Of a DNA stretch of 64,000 bases, positions 40,107-50,478 are shown one piece after another. The DNA is from an uncultured Chthonomonadaceae bacterium (lineage in GTDB: Bacteria > Armatimonadota > Chthonomonadetes > Chthonomonadales > Chthonomonadaceae). The DNA lies in NCBI GenBank assembly GCA_963835065.1, contig CAWIEK010000049.1, positions 96,001 to 160,000 on the forward strand, written 5' to 3'. Both the position numbers and the translations under genes were made by a program. Every line of letters begins with the position of its first letter. Position 1 is the first letter of the stretch. Under the pieces are notes generated by a model. The model saw nothing but the letters and a program-made list of their open reading frames with translations. It did no database searches and was not told the DNA's origin.

Positions 40107-41261
40107 ATGCGAAGGGGAGTTTCATTTCTCACAGCGCCTGTGCCGCTGTGCCTGCTTGTATTGGGAGTTTTCGGCAGTCTGGCAGGGTGTGGGAGTGGCA
40201 GCTACACAACGCCTTATCACTCCCACGCCGGTGCCCTTGCCTGCGGATGCCACCTATAACACATCGGTACGCTCTGCCGGGTACACGATTACGGATTTGG
40301 GGCCGGGAAAGGTTGCGGCCATCAACAAGAGCGGACAGGTGCTGGGAAGCAATCGGCACACCTATCTGTGGACCAATGGCAGCCGTCACTACCTCGGAAT
40401 TCTGGCAAGCGATAAGGGCGGCAGTGAGGCGATCTCTCTCAACGATAGCGGGCAGGCATTGGGCGTGTCTTACGGGAACCCTCCGTATCCCGAACTAGGG
40501 CCGGGTCCCTCGCATCTATTCGTGTGGCAAAACGGCGCGTTCACGCGGATCGGGGATGATTCGGCAAACATCCAGTATGCGGCGTATAAAATCAACAATG
40601 CGGGGCAGGTCTTGCTCTCGTTTTCCGACTACCCTATGAGCGCGGTCAGTGAACTGTGGCAAGACGGCAACATCACGCCCATTTCTGATAATCGGTAAAA
40701 GCGGCAAGCCTCTTACGTTGGGCAGCATCAACAATCGCGGCGATATTATTGGAGGCGGATCGGATTCGCCGGACGTTTTTCAGGCCAACCCGGTTCCTGC
40801 GTCGCAGTTACCTGATTCAGAACGGGCAGGCGACGGAGTTAGGCTTTCTGCCGGACCGCCCGCAGACCGGCGCGCAATTCATCAACGACAACGAACAAAT
40901 TGTCGGCGTCGGCTTCCCCTATGATGTTAATGACCCGAACCTTCCCCCGCAGCCTTTCGTGTGGCAGAATGGGCAACTGACAGTGCTGAAAGGGCTTGGC
41001 GGGGATTTCGTGATGAACGGCCTGAACAATCCGGGGCAGATTGTCGGATGGATTCAGGACACCTCCATAGCGCGGCGGTTCGCCTTTCGGTATGACTTGA
41101 ACACGCAAACGCTGGTTGACCTTGACGCGACGGTCGGAAAATCGGCAGGCTGGCAACTGGAAAGCGCGACAGCCATCAACGACGCGGGGCAGATTGTTGG
41201 GGAGGGACAACACAACGGCCAGTCCCGCAGTTACCTGCTCACGCCGCTGTCGGGTGGCTGA
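40107..41261 (+). CDS. Lipoprotein with HAF-type extracellular repeats; three +1 frameshifts near 40214, 40683 and 40797
   Basis: Lipobox LAGC; repeats AINKSGQV, LNDSGQAL, INNAGQV, INNRGDII, INDNEQIVG, AINDAGQIVG. Confidence 0.75.
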
Positions 41262-41277
41262 CAATGTGAGTGTTGGG

Positions 41278-41433
41278 AACATCGTTCAAATAAGAGTTTG
41301 TAGGGGCACAACATGTTGTGCCCGCGTTTCTAAACCATGCCAGCCGCGCGTTATAGGAAGAGGACACAACATGTTGTGTCCCTACTACGCCATTGTTTTT
41401 GAGATGAGAATCGTCTTATTTGAACGGTATTGG
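41278..41433. repeat. GTAG-type REP doublet (REPIN/MITE-like)
   Basis: GTAG-GGGCACAACATGTTGTGCCC...GGACACAACATGTTGTGTCC-CTAC; ends CGTTCAAATAAG / CTTATTTGAACGGTATTG. Confidence 0.85.
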
Positions 41434-41452
41434 TTCTAACACCGAACACCAA

Positions 41453-43645
41453 CTATTTTGCCAGATACTCTAATAAACGCTGCTGCGCGTTGACGCGGTG
41501 CTGGCCGGGGGCGGGGCGACGGCGGTTGTAGTGCCCTTCCGCGTTCAAATCCCATGACTGCTGGTTGTCTTCGAGCAGGAGTTGCAGCACGTCATAGCGC
41601 AGGGTACGGCGTATCTCCTCGCTGATGACGGGAACCACGACTTCCACGCGCCGATCTAAATTGCGCGACATCCAATCCGCGCTGCCAAAATAAATTTCCT
41701 CATTGCCGCCGTTGCGGAAATAGAAGATGCGGCTGTGTTCCAGAAACCGGCCCACAATGCTCATCACGCGAATGTTTTCCGACAGTTGCGGGACGCCGGG
41801 ACGCAGGCAGCACATGCCGCGAATAATCAAATCTATTTGGACGCCCATTTGCGACGCGGCGTACAGAGATTTTATCAGCGAGGGGTCGGTCAGGGCGTTC
41901 ATTTTGGCGATGATGCGGCCCGGATTTTCGGGCGTGTGCTTTTCCGCTTCGCGCTCGATCATATCCTGCAAGCGGTGGCGCAGGGTGATGGGCGCAACCA
42001 AAAACGCGCGATATTGTTCCTGCCGCGCATACCCGGTAAGGAAATTGAACAGGTCGGTGGCGTCCATGCCGAACTGGGGAGCGCAGGTCAGGATGCCCAC
42101 ATCCGTATACACGGTTGCGGTTTTGGGGTTGTAGTTGCCCGTGCCGATGTGCAGATACCGGCGCAGACCTTCCTCTTCGCGGCGTACCACAAGGGTTACT
42201 TTGGAGTGGGTTTTCAGGCCGACTAGCCCGTAAACGACGTGAACGCCCGCTTTTTCAAGCTGCTTGGCCCACGTAATGTTGTTGGCCTCGTCAAAACGGG
42301 CTTTTAACTCTACAAGACACGCGACTTGCTTGCCGTTGTCCGCCGCTTCGATCAGGGCGGGCAAAATGGGCGAGTCGCCACTGGTACGGTACAGGGTGTG
42401 CTTGATTGCCAGCACGTTCGGGTCGTTGGCGGCTGCCCGCAGAAAATCCGTTACGCTGCCGAACGATTGATAGGGATGGTGCAGCAGAATGTCCTGCTTG
42501 CGAATGGCCGCGAAAATATCGGTTGTGTTGCGCAGGGCGGGCGTAATGGCAGGCACGAACGGCGCGTCGCGCAGGGCGGGCACGTCAATCCCGGTGAGCG
42601 GCATCAGGTCGCCGGGATGCAACATACCGTCGAGCGTGTAAACTTCATGTTCCGGCACTTCCAGTTCTTCAATCAAACGTCGGCGCAGGTTGTCCGGCAT
42701 CGCGCGGGCGAGTTCCAGACGCTCAATTTCCCCAAAACGGCGCTTGGCAAGCTCTTCCTCAATCATTTCCAGCAGATCATCGGCGGCGTCTTCCTGTAGT
42801 TCAAGGTCGGCGTTGCGGGTCAGGCGGAACGGATAGCAGGCGCGTACTTCCATGCCTGCAAACAGCCTGCCGATGTGCGCGGCGATCACTTCTTCCAGCA
42901 GAACGAATTTCCACGGCGCTCCCACAACGGGAACAAGGCGGGGCAGGGCGGGCTTGGTGGGAACCTTGACGCGGGCAAAATGATCCTGATGGGTGCGCGG
43001 GTCATGCACCACGACGGCAAGGCTGAGGCTGAGGTTGGAAATGTAGGGAAACGGATGGCCGGGGTCTACGGCAAGCGGTGTCAGTACGGGAAACACTTCG
43101 CTTTCAAAATACATTTCCAGCCGCTGTTTTTCGGGTTCGGAAAGCGTATCATAACCGACAAGCCGCACGTCATGCTCCGCGAGACGTGGCAGCAGGTCTT
43201 GAAGGCAGTGGTACAGCGTGGCAAGCTGCGGCTGAAGTTTCTTCTGTATGGCTTCCAAACGCCGAACAATCGTGCGCGGCGTAGCCGGACGTCCCGTAGT
43301 TTCATCGGAACGCTCACGCATCCCCGGCACGTGAATCATAAAAAACTCGTCCAGATTGTTGCTGTAGATGGCGAGAAACTTTAAGCGTTCGAGCAGGGGA
43401 TGGTTGGTATTGAGGGCTTCGGATAGGACGCGGGCGTTGAAGTCCAGCCAGCTTAGTTCGCGGTCAAAGAACAACTGTTGTTTCACGCTGAGAGCGGTTG
43501 TAATCGCGTGTTTTGTGCTGACAGCGGCAGCCGCCGCGCGGCGCGCATGGTTTTTAGAACGTGGAGTTGCGGGAACATCAACAGAAGTTTCGGTTTCGGG
43601 CGAAGCGGAAGAAGTCTGTGGAAAAGCGGACGTGGGTTCCTGCAT
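41453..43645 (-). CDS. ppk1: Polyphosphate kinase 1
   Basis: RELSWLDFNARVL, NLDEFFM, ILLHHPYQSF, VELKARFDE, KTHSK, GRFLEHSR, SADWMSRNL. Confidence 0.97.
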   Translation of the reverse strand: MQEPTSAFPQTSSASPETETSVDVPATPRSKNHARRAAAAAVSTKHAITTALSVKQQLFFDRELSWLDFNARVLSEALNTNHPLLERLKFLAIYSNNLDEFFMIHVPGMRERSDETTGRPATPRTIVRRLEAIQKKLQPQLATLYHCLQDLLPRLAEHDVRLVGYDTLSEPEKQRLEMYFESEVFPVLTPLAVDPGHPFPYISNLSLSLAVVVHDPRTHQDHFARVKVPTKPALPRLVPVVGAPWKFVLLEEVIAAHIGRLFAGMEVRACYPFRLTRNADLELQEDAADDLLEMIEEELAKRRFGEIERLELARAMPDNLRRRLIEELEVPEHEVYTLDGMLHPGDLMPLTGIDVPALRDAPFVPAITPALRNTTDIFAAIRKQDILLHHPYQSFGSVTDFLRAAANDPNVLAIKHTLYRTSGDSPILPALIEAADNGKQVACLVELKARFDEANNITWAKQLEKAGVHVVYGLVGLKTHSKVTLVVRREEEGLRRYLHIGTGNYNPKTATVYTDVGILTCAPQFGMDATDLFNFLTGYARQEQYRAFLVAPITLRHRLQDMIEREAEKHTPENPGRIIAKMNALTDPSLIKSLYAASQMGVQIDLIIRGMCCLRPGVPQLSENIRVMSIVGRFLEHSRIFYFRNGGNEEIYFGSADWMSRNLDRRVEVVVPVISEEIRRTLRYDVLQLLLEDNQQSWDLNAEGHYNRRRPAPGQHRVNAQQRLLEYLAK

Positions 43646-43721
43646 AAACGTTGTTGCTCCTCACCAAAAACGCGGTTGGGATTGCAAGGGGTAGATCGCC
43701 ATGCGTCACCGTAGAAAATTA

Positions 43722-45131
43722 TTAGGAAGTTGCCGTTTCTTCCATTTGCCAGCGCGTGTCACGGCGCGACGGAGCAGCAGAGCGTATAAGGCCAAGCGCC
43801 TGCGCCAGATCATGGGGCGTGTTGCCGACTGCGCGTAAGTCCAAACCGGACGAAACGCGCGCTTCTTCCAAAGTTACGTCATCCAGAAACAAAACGTCGT
43901 CACGCAGGCAAATTTTAGGGATGTAAACCGTTTGGTGGCAGCCAGGAAAGTTTTTCAGGTGCGCCAAAATATCCTGCGCGGTGAGCAGGCCGGCAATATG
44001 TATGTCGCCACCGAAAAAGTCGTTTTTCACGACGCATACATTGATATTGACGCCCTCAATGCGATTCAATCGGTCGGCAAACGCCTGCACATGCTGCGCG
44101 GGCATTTCCGCCGTAACCAGCGTAGCTTCAATGGAAATGGGAACGCGGATTGGCAGGCGCAAACCGGTGCGCTTCGCGTCATCCAAAAACAGGCGAATGG
44201 TTCCGATGCCATCTTCCAATTGCGGGAAATCTTCGTAGTGGGAGCGGGGCGGCACATCCTGACCGGCAATGTGATACCACTCGTCGGCAAGCCATGCGAA
44301 GCGCGTACCAATCATGGTGTTAAACCGCTTTGCATGATCGTTGACGCGGGCAATCATTTCGCGGGCGTAGTCGCGCTCTACATGCGACAGTTGAGGCAGG
44401 CGTTCACGAAAGCGGGTCATGCCGACGGGCACAATGGCGACGGACTGTACGCCCGCGCGTTTTTCGGTCAGGGCGCGGTGTTCCGCAATCAGTTCTTCCA
44501 GCGTGTTGTCCAGATTCGCGCCGTCGTTCAGGCCGGGACACAGGACAATCTGCGCGTGAACATCAATGCGATTGTCGGCCAGTTCGCGTATCTGCGGCAA
44601 AATAGGCGTCGGCGTTTTGCGGCCCAGCAGGATTTGGCGCAATTCGGGGTTGGTGGCATGAACGGAAACATACAGGGGCGATAAGCGCTGTTCCAGAATA
44701 CGCGCCCATTCCTCATCGGAAAGATTGGTCAGCGTGACATAGTTGCCGTGCATGAAGGACAGGCGAAAATCATCGTCCATCAAATACAGCGACTTGCGCA
44801 TTTTCTTCGGCTGCTGATGAATGAAGCAAAACACGCACTTGTTTTTGCACGTATGAACGCGGTCTCCCAAATCATGCTCAAAACTCAATCCTAAATCAGC
44901 GTCCACGCGCTTCTGCGCATCCACGCTCAACGTTTCGCCATTGCGCAGGAGCGTAAGCCGCAGTTTCACGTCCGAACTGTGAAAGCGATAATCCAGAATG
45001 TCTAAAATAGACCTGCCATTGATTTGTTGCAGCAAATCCCCAACGCAAACGCCCGCGCGCTCTGCCGGGCTGCCGGGTTCTACTGCGGTGACAATCAAGG
45101 CATTAACGTTTTTGAGGAAAATTTCAGACAT
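43722..45131 (-). CDS. DUF512 protein (N-terminal PDZ plus radical-SAM-like Fe-S domain)
   Basis: VEPGSPA, CKNKCVFCFIHQ, DDDFRLSF.HGNYVTLTN, QLEDGIG. Confidence 0.88.
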   Translation of the reverse strand: MSEIFLKNVNALIVTAVEPGSPAERAGVCVGDLLQQINGRSILDILDYRFHSSDVKLRLTLLRNGETLSVDAQKRVDADLGLSFEHDLGDRVHTCKNKCVFCFIHQQPKKMRKSLYLMDDDFRLSFMHGNYVTLTNLSDEEWARILEQRLSPLYVSVHATNPELRQILLGRKTPTPILPQIRELADNRIDVHAQIVLCPGLNDGANLDNTLEELIAEHRALTEKRAGVQSVAIVPVGMTRFRERLPQLSHVERDYAREMIARVNDHAKRFNTMIGTRFAWLADEWYHIAGQDVPPRSHYEDFPQLEDGIGTIRLFLDDAKRTGLRLPIRVPISIEATLVTAEMPAQHVQAFADRLNRIEGVNINVCVVKNDFFGGDIHIAGLLTAQDILAHLKNFPGCHQTVYIPKICLRDDVLFLDDVTLEEARVSSGLDLRAVGNTPHDLAQALGLIRSAAPSRRDTRWQMEETATS

Positions 45132-45181
45132 GACGAGGCTATTGTACCGAATACGCGGCTTGGAAAAGCAAATACGGGAAA

Positions 45182-45544
45182 GAATAAACCACGGGGAACA
45201 CGGGGAACACGGGGGAGGAGAGGGGAAGAAAAGAAGAAGAAAAGAAGAGGAGAAATAAACCGCGAAATACACGAACCAAGACGAAAAAAGGAAAATACAA
45301 AAAGATCAAACCACGGATGAAACGGATGAACACGGATAGGAGCATCGAAAGCCAACTCGTTCTTGTTATCAATCCTATTTAATCCTGAAAATCCTTTTAA
45401 TCCTGTCTATTCTCTTATGTCTTTTTCCCTTTGTCCTCTTTTCGTTTATTTCGTGTATTTCGCGGTTCCCATTCTCCTCTTCTTCTTTTCTTCTTTTCTT
45501 CCCCTCTCCTCCCCCGTGTTCCCCGTGTTCCCCGTGGTTTATTC
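45182..45544. repeat. ~363-bp nested inverted-repeat element built from 9-mer arrays
   Basis: Outer ~57 bp perfect inverted repeat (GAATAAACCACGGGGAACACGGGGAACACG...), continuing imperfectly to ~120 bp; overlaps the rsmA stop codon. Confidence 0.92.
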
Positions 45545-46429
45545 CTCTTCAAGGTTGGCCAGGCGGGCGAATTCTTCGAGGGACAGGGTTTCGCCCCGGC
45601 GGTTGCCGTCTATGCCGGCGCGGGCAAGGAGGGCTTCGACGCGGGCGCGGTCATCCATGCCGAAGCCCAGGCTGAAGGAAGCGGGGGCGCGGAGCAGGGC
45701 GTTGAGGAGGGTTTTGCGGCGCTGCGCGAAGGATGAGCGGACGATGTTGAAAAAGCGTTGCTCGTCGCGGACGGCGATAGTTCCGGGAACCATCGGGTCA
45801 AGGGCGAGAATGGCGGAGCCGACTTCGGGCGGCGGCAGAAAAACCGTGCGCGGAACCGTGCCGACGATTTCAGGATGCGTGTGGTACTGAACGTAAACCG
45901 ACATCGCGCCATAATCGTCACTGGCGGCGCGGGCGACGGCGCGGTTGGCGAACTCGTGCTGCACGAGCAGAACGATGCGCCGTAAGCGGCTTTTGTGTTC
46001 TATGAGACGTTCCAGAATGGGCGTGGTGATGTAATAGGGGATGTTAGCGACCACAATGCCGGGTTTATCGCCAAAAGCCGCATCAAATAACGGCCCGGTG
46101 CTGTCTTTTTGCAGGAAATCCGCGAATACCAGGCGAACATTGGGAGTGTTGGCGGTCAGTTCGCGCAAAACGGGTTCAAGATGGCGGTCTATTTCCACGG
46201 TTGTCACCGAGGGTGAAACGGCAGCGAGGGCGAGCGTGAGCGCGCCCAGGCCGCCGCCGATTTCCAGAACCGGCTCGTGGGGCTGAAGGTCCGCCGCCCG
46301 CACGATCCGATCCAGAGTGTTGCGATCCACAAGAAAATTCTGCCCCAAGCGTTTTTGTGGGCGTAGCCCATGCGCTTGCAGCAGTTCGCTGGCCTGTTTG
46401 GGTGATACCGGGTCTAGGGTCATGGGCAT
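45539..46429 (-). CDS. rsmA: 16S rRNA adenine dimethyltransferase
   Basis: KRLGQNFL, VLEIGGGLG, EID, VANIPYYIT, FLPPPEV, FAQRRKTL. Confidence 0.95.
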   Translation of the reverse strand: MPMTLDPVSPKQASELLQAHGLRPQKRLGQNFLVDRNTLDRIVRAADLQPHEPVLEIGGGLGALTLALAAVSPSVTTVEIDRHLEPVLRELTANTPNVRLVFADFLQKDSTGPLFDAAFGDKPGIVVANIPYYITTPILERLIEHKSRLRRIVLLVQHEFANRAVARAASDDYGAMSVYVQYHTHPEIVGTVPRTVFLPPPEVGSAILALDPMVPGTIAVRDEQRFFNIVRSSFAQRRKTLLNALLRAPASFSLGFGMDDRARVEALLARAGIDGNRRGETLSLEEFARLANLEEE

Positions 46430-46537
46430 TAGGCATCAGGCATCAGGCATCAGGAAAGGATTAGTCGTTCCCTCTACTTTGTTGTGACCATTAGATAGAA
46501 CGACATTCCTAATGCCTAATATCTAATGCCTAATGCC
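46425..46537. repeat. Inverted heptamer arrays (GGCATYA)n / (CCTAATG)n
   Basis: One arm abuts the 3D-gene stop; the other contains the rsmA ATG. Confidence 0.85.
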
Positions 46538-47251
46538 TTAATCCAGAATATGTACGCGCACGTGCTTCATGTCTTTGACATTTTTCACATCGTGCTGCGA
46601 GTCAATGGCGAGATCAATGCGGCTGCCTTTGATGGCTCCGCCCGTGTCGGCGGCGACGGCGTAACCGTAACCTTCGATGAACAGGCGCGTACCAAGCGGC
46701 ATGAAATGGGGGTCTACGGCCACCACGCCGTAACCTGCCAAAATGCCCGTATAGGTGCGCCCATGATCGTTGCTGCCATCATGGTAGGGATCGTACCACG
46801 TCGCGTTCATCACGACGACGCGCCGACCTGAGAAATAACCGCGCGAGGAAAGCTGCGTTGACCGCCCTTCCTCAATGACTTCGGGACGCGATTGTTTGAG
46901 AATACGGGAACTGACGGCATTGCGCCGCAATTCCGTGCCGTCTGCGCGGCTGGAAACCTGATAGACGACTTCCTTGACACCGTTGACGCCGGGGCGCGTG
47001 GTGCGACTGGTTCCGCTCCGCAGTTGGAACGTGGATTTCCTTAAGGTGGAGTAAGGAATCGGACTGCGCTGCACGACTTTGCGCGTAACCGACGCGGTTG
47101 AAGCAAATTCCGCCGGTTGCGTGTGGGTCGTACTTTGGGGGCTGCCCGTTTGCCGGGGCGCTCCCGCCAGAGTGGTCGCCAGGGTCAGAGAACCGAGAGC
47201 AACCAGTCCTGCGGCAAGCGTTTGCGCGCGGACAGTGGAGATGTAGGACAT
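46538..47251 (-). CDS. G5 plus 3D domain cell-wall protein (YabE/Sps-like)
   Basis: AAAGGAGG RBS; G5 (PGVNGVKEVVY..EVIEEG); 3D (VVAVDP..PLGT..DTGGAIKGSRIDL). Confidence 0.88.
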   Translation of the reverse strand: MSYISTVRAQTLAAGLVALGSLTLATTLAGAPRQTGSPQSTTHTQPAEFASTASVTRKVVQRSPIPYSTLRKSTFQLRSGTSRTTRPGVNGVKEVVYQVSSRADGTELRRNAVSSRILKQSRPEVIEEGRSTQLSSRGYFSGRRVVVMNATWYDPYHDGSNDHGRTYTGILAGYGVVAVDPHFMPLGTRLFIEGYGYAVAADTGGAIKGSRIDLAIDSQHDVKNVKDMKHVRVHILD

Positions 47252-47452
47252 AGAACGTCCTCCTTTCCGTTTCCGAATCTGTTGAGACACCGTTCGGATG
47301 CCTGTTGACTGTGGCGGACCTCCTTGGATCGCTTGAGTGAGACACGGCGCATTAAATTGCTGTTGCCGTATAGAAGTGAAACACGCGGCCAGCGTGTGTT
47401 GCCAATGCCCGGCTGCGTCCAGAATGGTTTGGTTTGCCATTGGACACGGGGC

Positions 47453-47481
47453 AGTGTACAGCGCACAGAGCGAAATGTCAA
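47453..47481 (-). promoter_or_regulatory. Sigma70 promoter for the G5/3D-rsmA unit
   Basis: TTGACA-N17-TACACT on the minus strand. Confidence 0.65.
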
Positions 47482-47824
47482 CCCGTTGAAGATGTTGCTG
47501 CATCGGGTAAGCAGGCGCTTTCTGCAACCTTCTGCCAGACGTTGCCCCTTTCTGGCAAATATGCACACGTAAAAAATCGCCAAAAATAAGCGCAAAAAGT
47601 TTTCGAATGAGTTCCGCATGGAGGGGCTGACGCTTAGTAATGGAACATGCGTCTACTGTTTGTGGTAGAATAAAAGTGGTTCTATCAACGCGCAGGTACA
47701 TGGAAAAAATAAAAATGCAGCGCTTTCCGCTTTTGAGTGGAAGGGCGGAGTGCTTTGTATAGCGAGTGTTGTAGGGTTGTCTCTTATGCGGAAGGACTGT
47801 CTTAACCGCAGGGAAAGGAAACCG

Positions 47825-48592
47825 ATGAGAAAAGAATTTTTGGTTGAGCGGCAGGGGAAAACTTTCTGTTTATACGCGGGCTTGCTCAGTTTAGCGCACG
47901 AGCAGGGGCTGAAATCCATCATAACCGAGTTGGTGCAGATACCGAATGAGAACAACAATCGCGTGGCGATCTGCACAGCGAAGGTGACATTGGAAAAAGA
48001 CGGCGTACTGCGGGAATTTCATGGCATTGGCGATGCCGCTCCCAATAACGTCGCGCCTGCGATGCAAACTTGTTTGATACGGCTGGCCGAGACGCGCTCC
48101 AAAGCCCGCGCCTTGCGAGATGCGGTCAACATCGGCATGGCGGCGCTGGAAGAACTCAGCGACGATGATATTTATGAGGGAGCGCCGGAGCGTGGGTATT
48201 CTACGACGCCGCGCAGCATGCGGCAAACGCCTGCGCGCGTTCCTGCCGCCAATGGCTTTAGCAATGGCAATGGGAACGGCGGGCGGGCTGAAGTCAATGC
48301 GCCTCGCGTGGAAAGCGCGGTCACGCCCCTGAAGCCTGCGCCCATAATCAAGAACGCGGAGCCGACGCCCATTCCCGCCGAAATGCGCAATCCGCTTGCC
48401 AATCCGGTGACGGACCCGCAAATGGAGGCGATTCGCAGCCTGTGCCGACGACGCAGCATTGACGTGGATGCGGCGGCAAAGGATAAATTCGCTGTCGAAG
48501 CGCTGTCGGCGCTGACGCAGGCGCAGGCCAGCGATCTGATTAAGATGCTTCAAGCGGAAGCATCCAATGGCAGGTCGGCAGCGGCGGCGTAA
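47825..48592 (+). CDS. Conserved hypothetical protein, possible Rad52/RecT-like single-strand annealing fold
   Basis: YAGLLSLAH, FHGIGDA, RLAETRSKARALRDA; low-complexity linker and helical C-terminal domain. Confidence 0.55.
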   Translation: MRKEFLVERQGKTFCLYAGLLSLAHEQGLKSIITELVQIPNENNNRVAICTAKVTLEKDGVLREFHGIGDAAPNNVAPAMQTCLIRLAETRSKARALRDAVNIGMAALEELSDDDIYEGAPERGYSTTPRSMRQTPARVPAANGFSNGNGNGGRAEVNAPRVESAVTPLKPAPIIKNAEPTPIPAEMRNPLANPVTDPQMEAIRSLCRRRSIDVDAAAKDKFAVEALSALTQAQASDLIKMLQAEASNGRSAAAA

Positions 48593-48650
48593 TCCTTAAC
48601 CCGGTGGAGATGAGAGTCGGGAAGGGATTGTTTCACATCATGCCGAATAG

Positions 48651-48690
48651 TTCCTTACTCAAGAACGCTTTTGCCTTCTTGAGTAGGGAA
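48651..48690 (+). terminator. Stem-loop, probable terminator
   Basis: TTCCTTACTCAAGAA...TTCTTGAGTAGGGAA. Confidence 0.5.
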
Positions 48691-48733
48691 TTACTGCGTT
48701 TGGACGGGCGATTTTTCGCATTGGGATAAAATT

Positions 48734-49928
48734 GTGGACTCAACGGAACAGGACGGGACGCGGAGGATACTGGCGGGCAGGATGGCGGATGCGCAGGGTG
48801 AGCGAAGCCGCATGGCTGTCTCAGTCGCTAATGGCAAAATCGTCAGTTTGGAGCCATGGAACGACGCGACACAGGGCGGAACCGGGCGATCTGGATGCCC
48901 GCGATGCGCTGCTGCTGCCGGGGTTTATTGATATTCATATACATGGCGGAGCAGGGCGGTATGTGATGGAAGGCACGGAGGACGCGCTGACGGGGATTGC
49001 TTCGCATTTAGCGACGCATGGCGTTACCGGCTTTTTGGCAACTACTGTCACCGCGCCGTGGGAACAGCAGGCGCAGGCGCTTGCCACAACCGCCCGAATG
49101 ATGTCAGCGCAAACGAGCAGAAACGCGAACGATGCTTTAGGCGCGCGGATTTTGGGCTGTCATCTGGAAGGGCCGTACATCAATCCGAAGCGAAAAGGAG
49201 CGCAGCCGGAGCAGTTTGTGCGCCTGCCGGATGTGGCGGAACTGGAACACTGGTGCGGTGACAATTTGAGCGCGGTTCGCGTGGTCACACTTGCGCCGGA
49301 AATGCCGGGCGGGCTGGAACTGACGCGGTTTCTGGCAGGACGCGGGATTGTGCCCTCTATCGGGCATACAGACGCGACTTACGCGCAGATGGAAGCGGCG
49401 ATTGATGCCGGGGCGCGGCACGTCACGCACTGCTTCAATGCCATGCGTCCCTTAGAGGGACGCGAACCGGGCGTCGTGGGCGCAACATTCGCGCGCCCGG
49501 AACTGACGGCGGAATTGATCTGGGACAACATTCACGTTCACCCGTCAAGCTGCCGCGCCTTGATAAACGCGAAAACAGCGGAGCGCGTAATCTTGATTTC
49601 AGACGGCATACCGGGCGCGGGCATGGGCGACGGGTACCAATTCTCGCTTGGCGACTTGAAGATTGTCGTCAACGAAGGCTCCGCGCGCCTGCCGGATGGA
49701 ACCCTCGCCGGCAGCGTACTGACATTGGAAAAGGCGTTCGCCAACGCCACCCCCTTTTCCCTGCCCGAACGCGCCCGCATGACTTCCTACAACGCGGCAG
49801 TCGCGCTTGGATTAGGACACCGCAAAGGACTATTGCGCCCCGGCTACGATGCCGATTTAGTCCTTCTAAATGCGGATGGCAGCGCGCGGGAGACGATTGT
49901 TTTAGGGGAAGTAGTCAGAAGACAGTAG
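48734..49928 (+). CDS. nagA: N-acetylglucosamine-6-phosphate deacetylase; +1 frameshift near 48874
   Basis: PGFIDIHIHG, CHLEGPY..KGAQ, TLAPE, IGHTDA, THCFNAM, LAGS. Confidence 0.9.
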
Positions 49929-50039
49929 TCAGTAGTCAGTAGAAATGCCTGTCTACTCAGATCTGTGTTGTAAAGTAAAACTTTGCTGGTATGAGGCTAC
50001 TGACTACTGACTACTGTCTTCTGACTACTTCCCCTAAAA
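49900..50039. repeat. 43-bp perfect inverted repeat with a (GTAGTCA)n core, overlapping both convergent stop codons
   Basis: 49900-49942 versus 49997-50039. Confidence 0.95.
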
Positions 50040-50349
50040 TTTATCCGTCTCCACCTGTAAGCGAATCTGGCGCAGGATGTTGGCGGCGCGTTCGCAGGAC
50101 TTCAGAGGAACCGGTGTAGGCGATGGCTCTGCCGCGCGTATGGGCTTCCAGCATGATCTGTTCGCAGCGGGGCGCGTCGTAGCCGGTGGCTTTTTGCAGT
50201 TGAGAACTTACTTCATCGAAGCCGTGAAAGTCGTCATTGTAGAGAATCACGACGTAAGGGCCATCATCGTCAGCTACGTCCTGCTCCTCACGTCCCGGCA
50301 GAACGCGCTCTTCAATAAACGGTTCGGCAACCTCCGCATTGGCGGGCAT
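50034..50349 (-). CDS. clpS: ClpS-like adaptor protein; +1 frameshift near 50097
   Basis: YVVILYNDDFHGFDEV, IMLEAHTRGRA; corrected C-terminus CERAANILRQIRLQVETDKF*. Confidence 0.8.
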
Positions 50350-50478
50350 TGTGGTTTCTCCTTTAGAACAGGCAGATAAGATAGCGTCGAGTTTTAAGTA
50401 ACAAGGGTGTGGAAACAACGTCTCTTTTAGTATAGATTAGTCTTTGTAGAATTGTCAAGCATCAGAAGAGGAGTAGAT

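Noticed and set aside
45024..45890. Low-complexity ORFs (GEHGEHGG, PRVPRVP, FFFSS)
   Set aside because: They are translations of the nested repeat element or antisense to rsmA.
47252..47701. 150-aa N-terminal extension of the G5/3D protein
   Set aside because: It overlaps the promoter; a strong RBS precedes ATG 47251.
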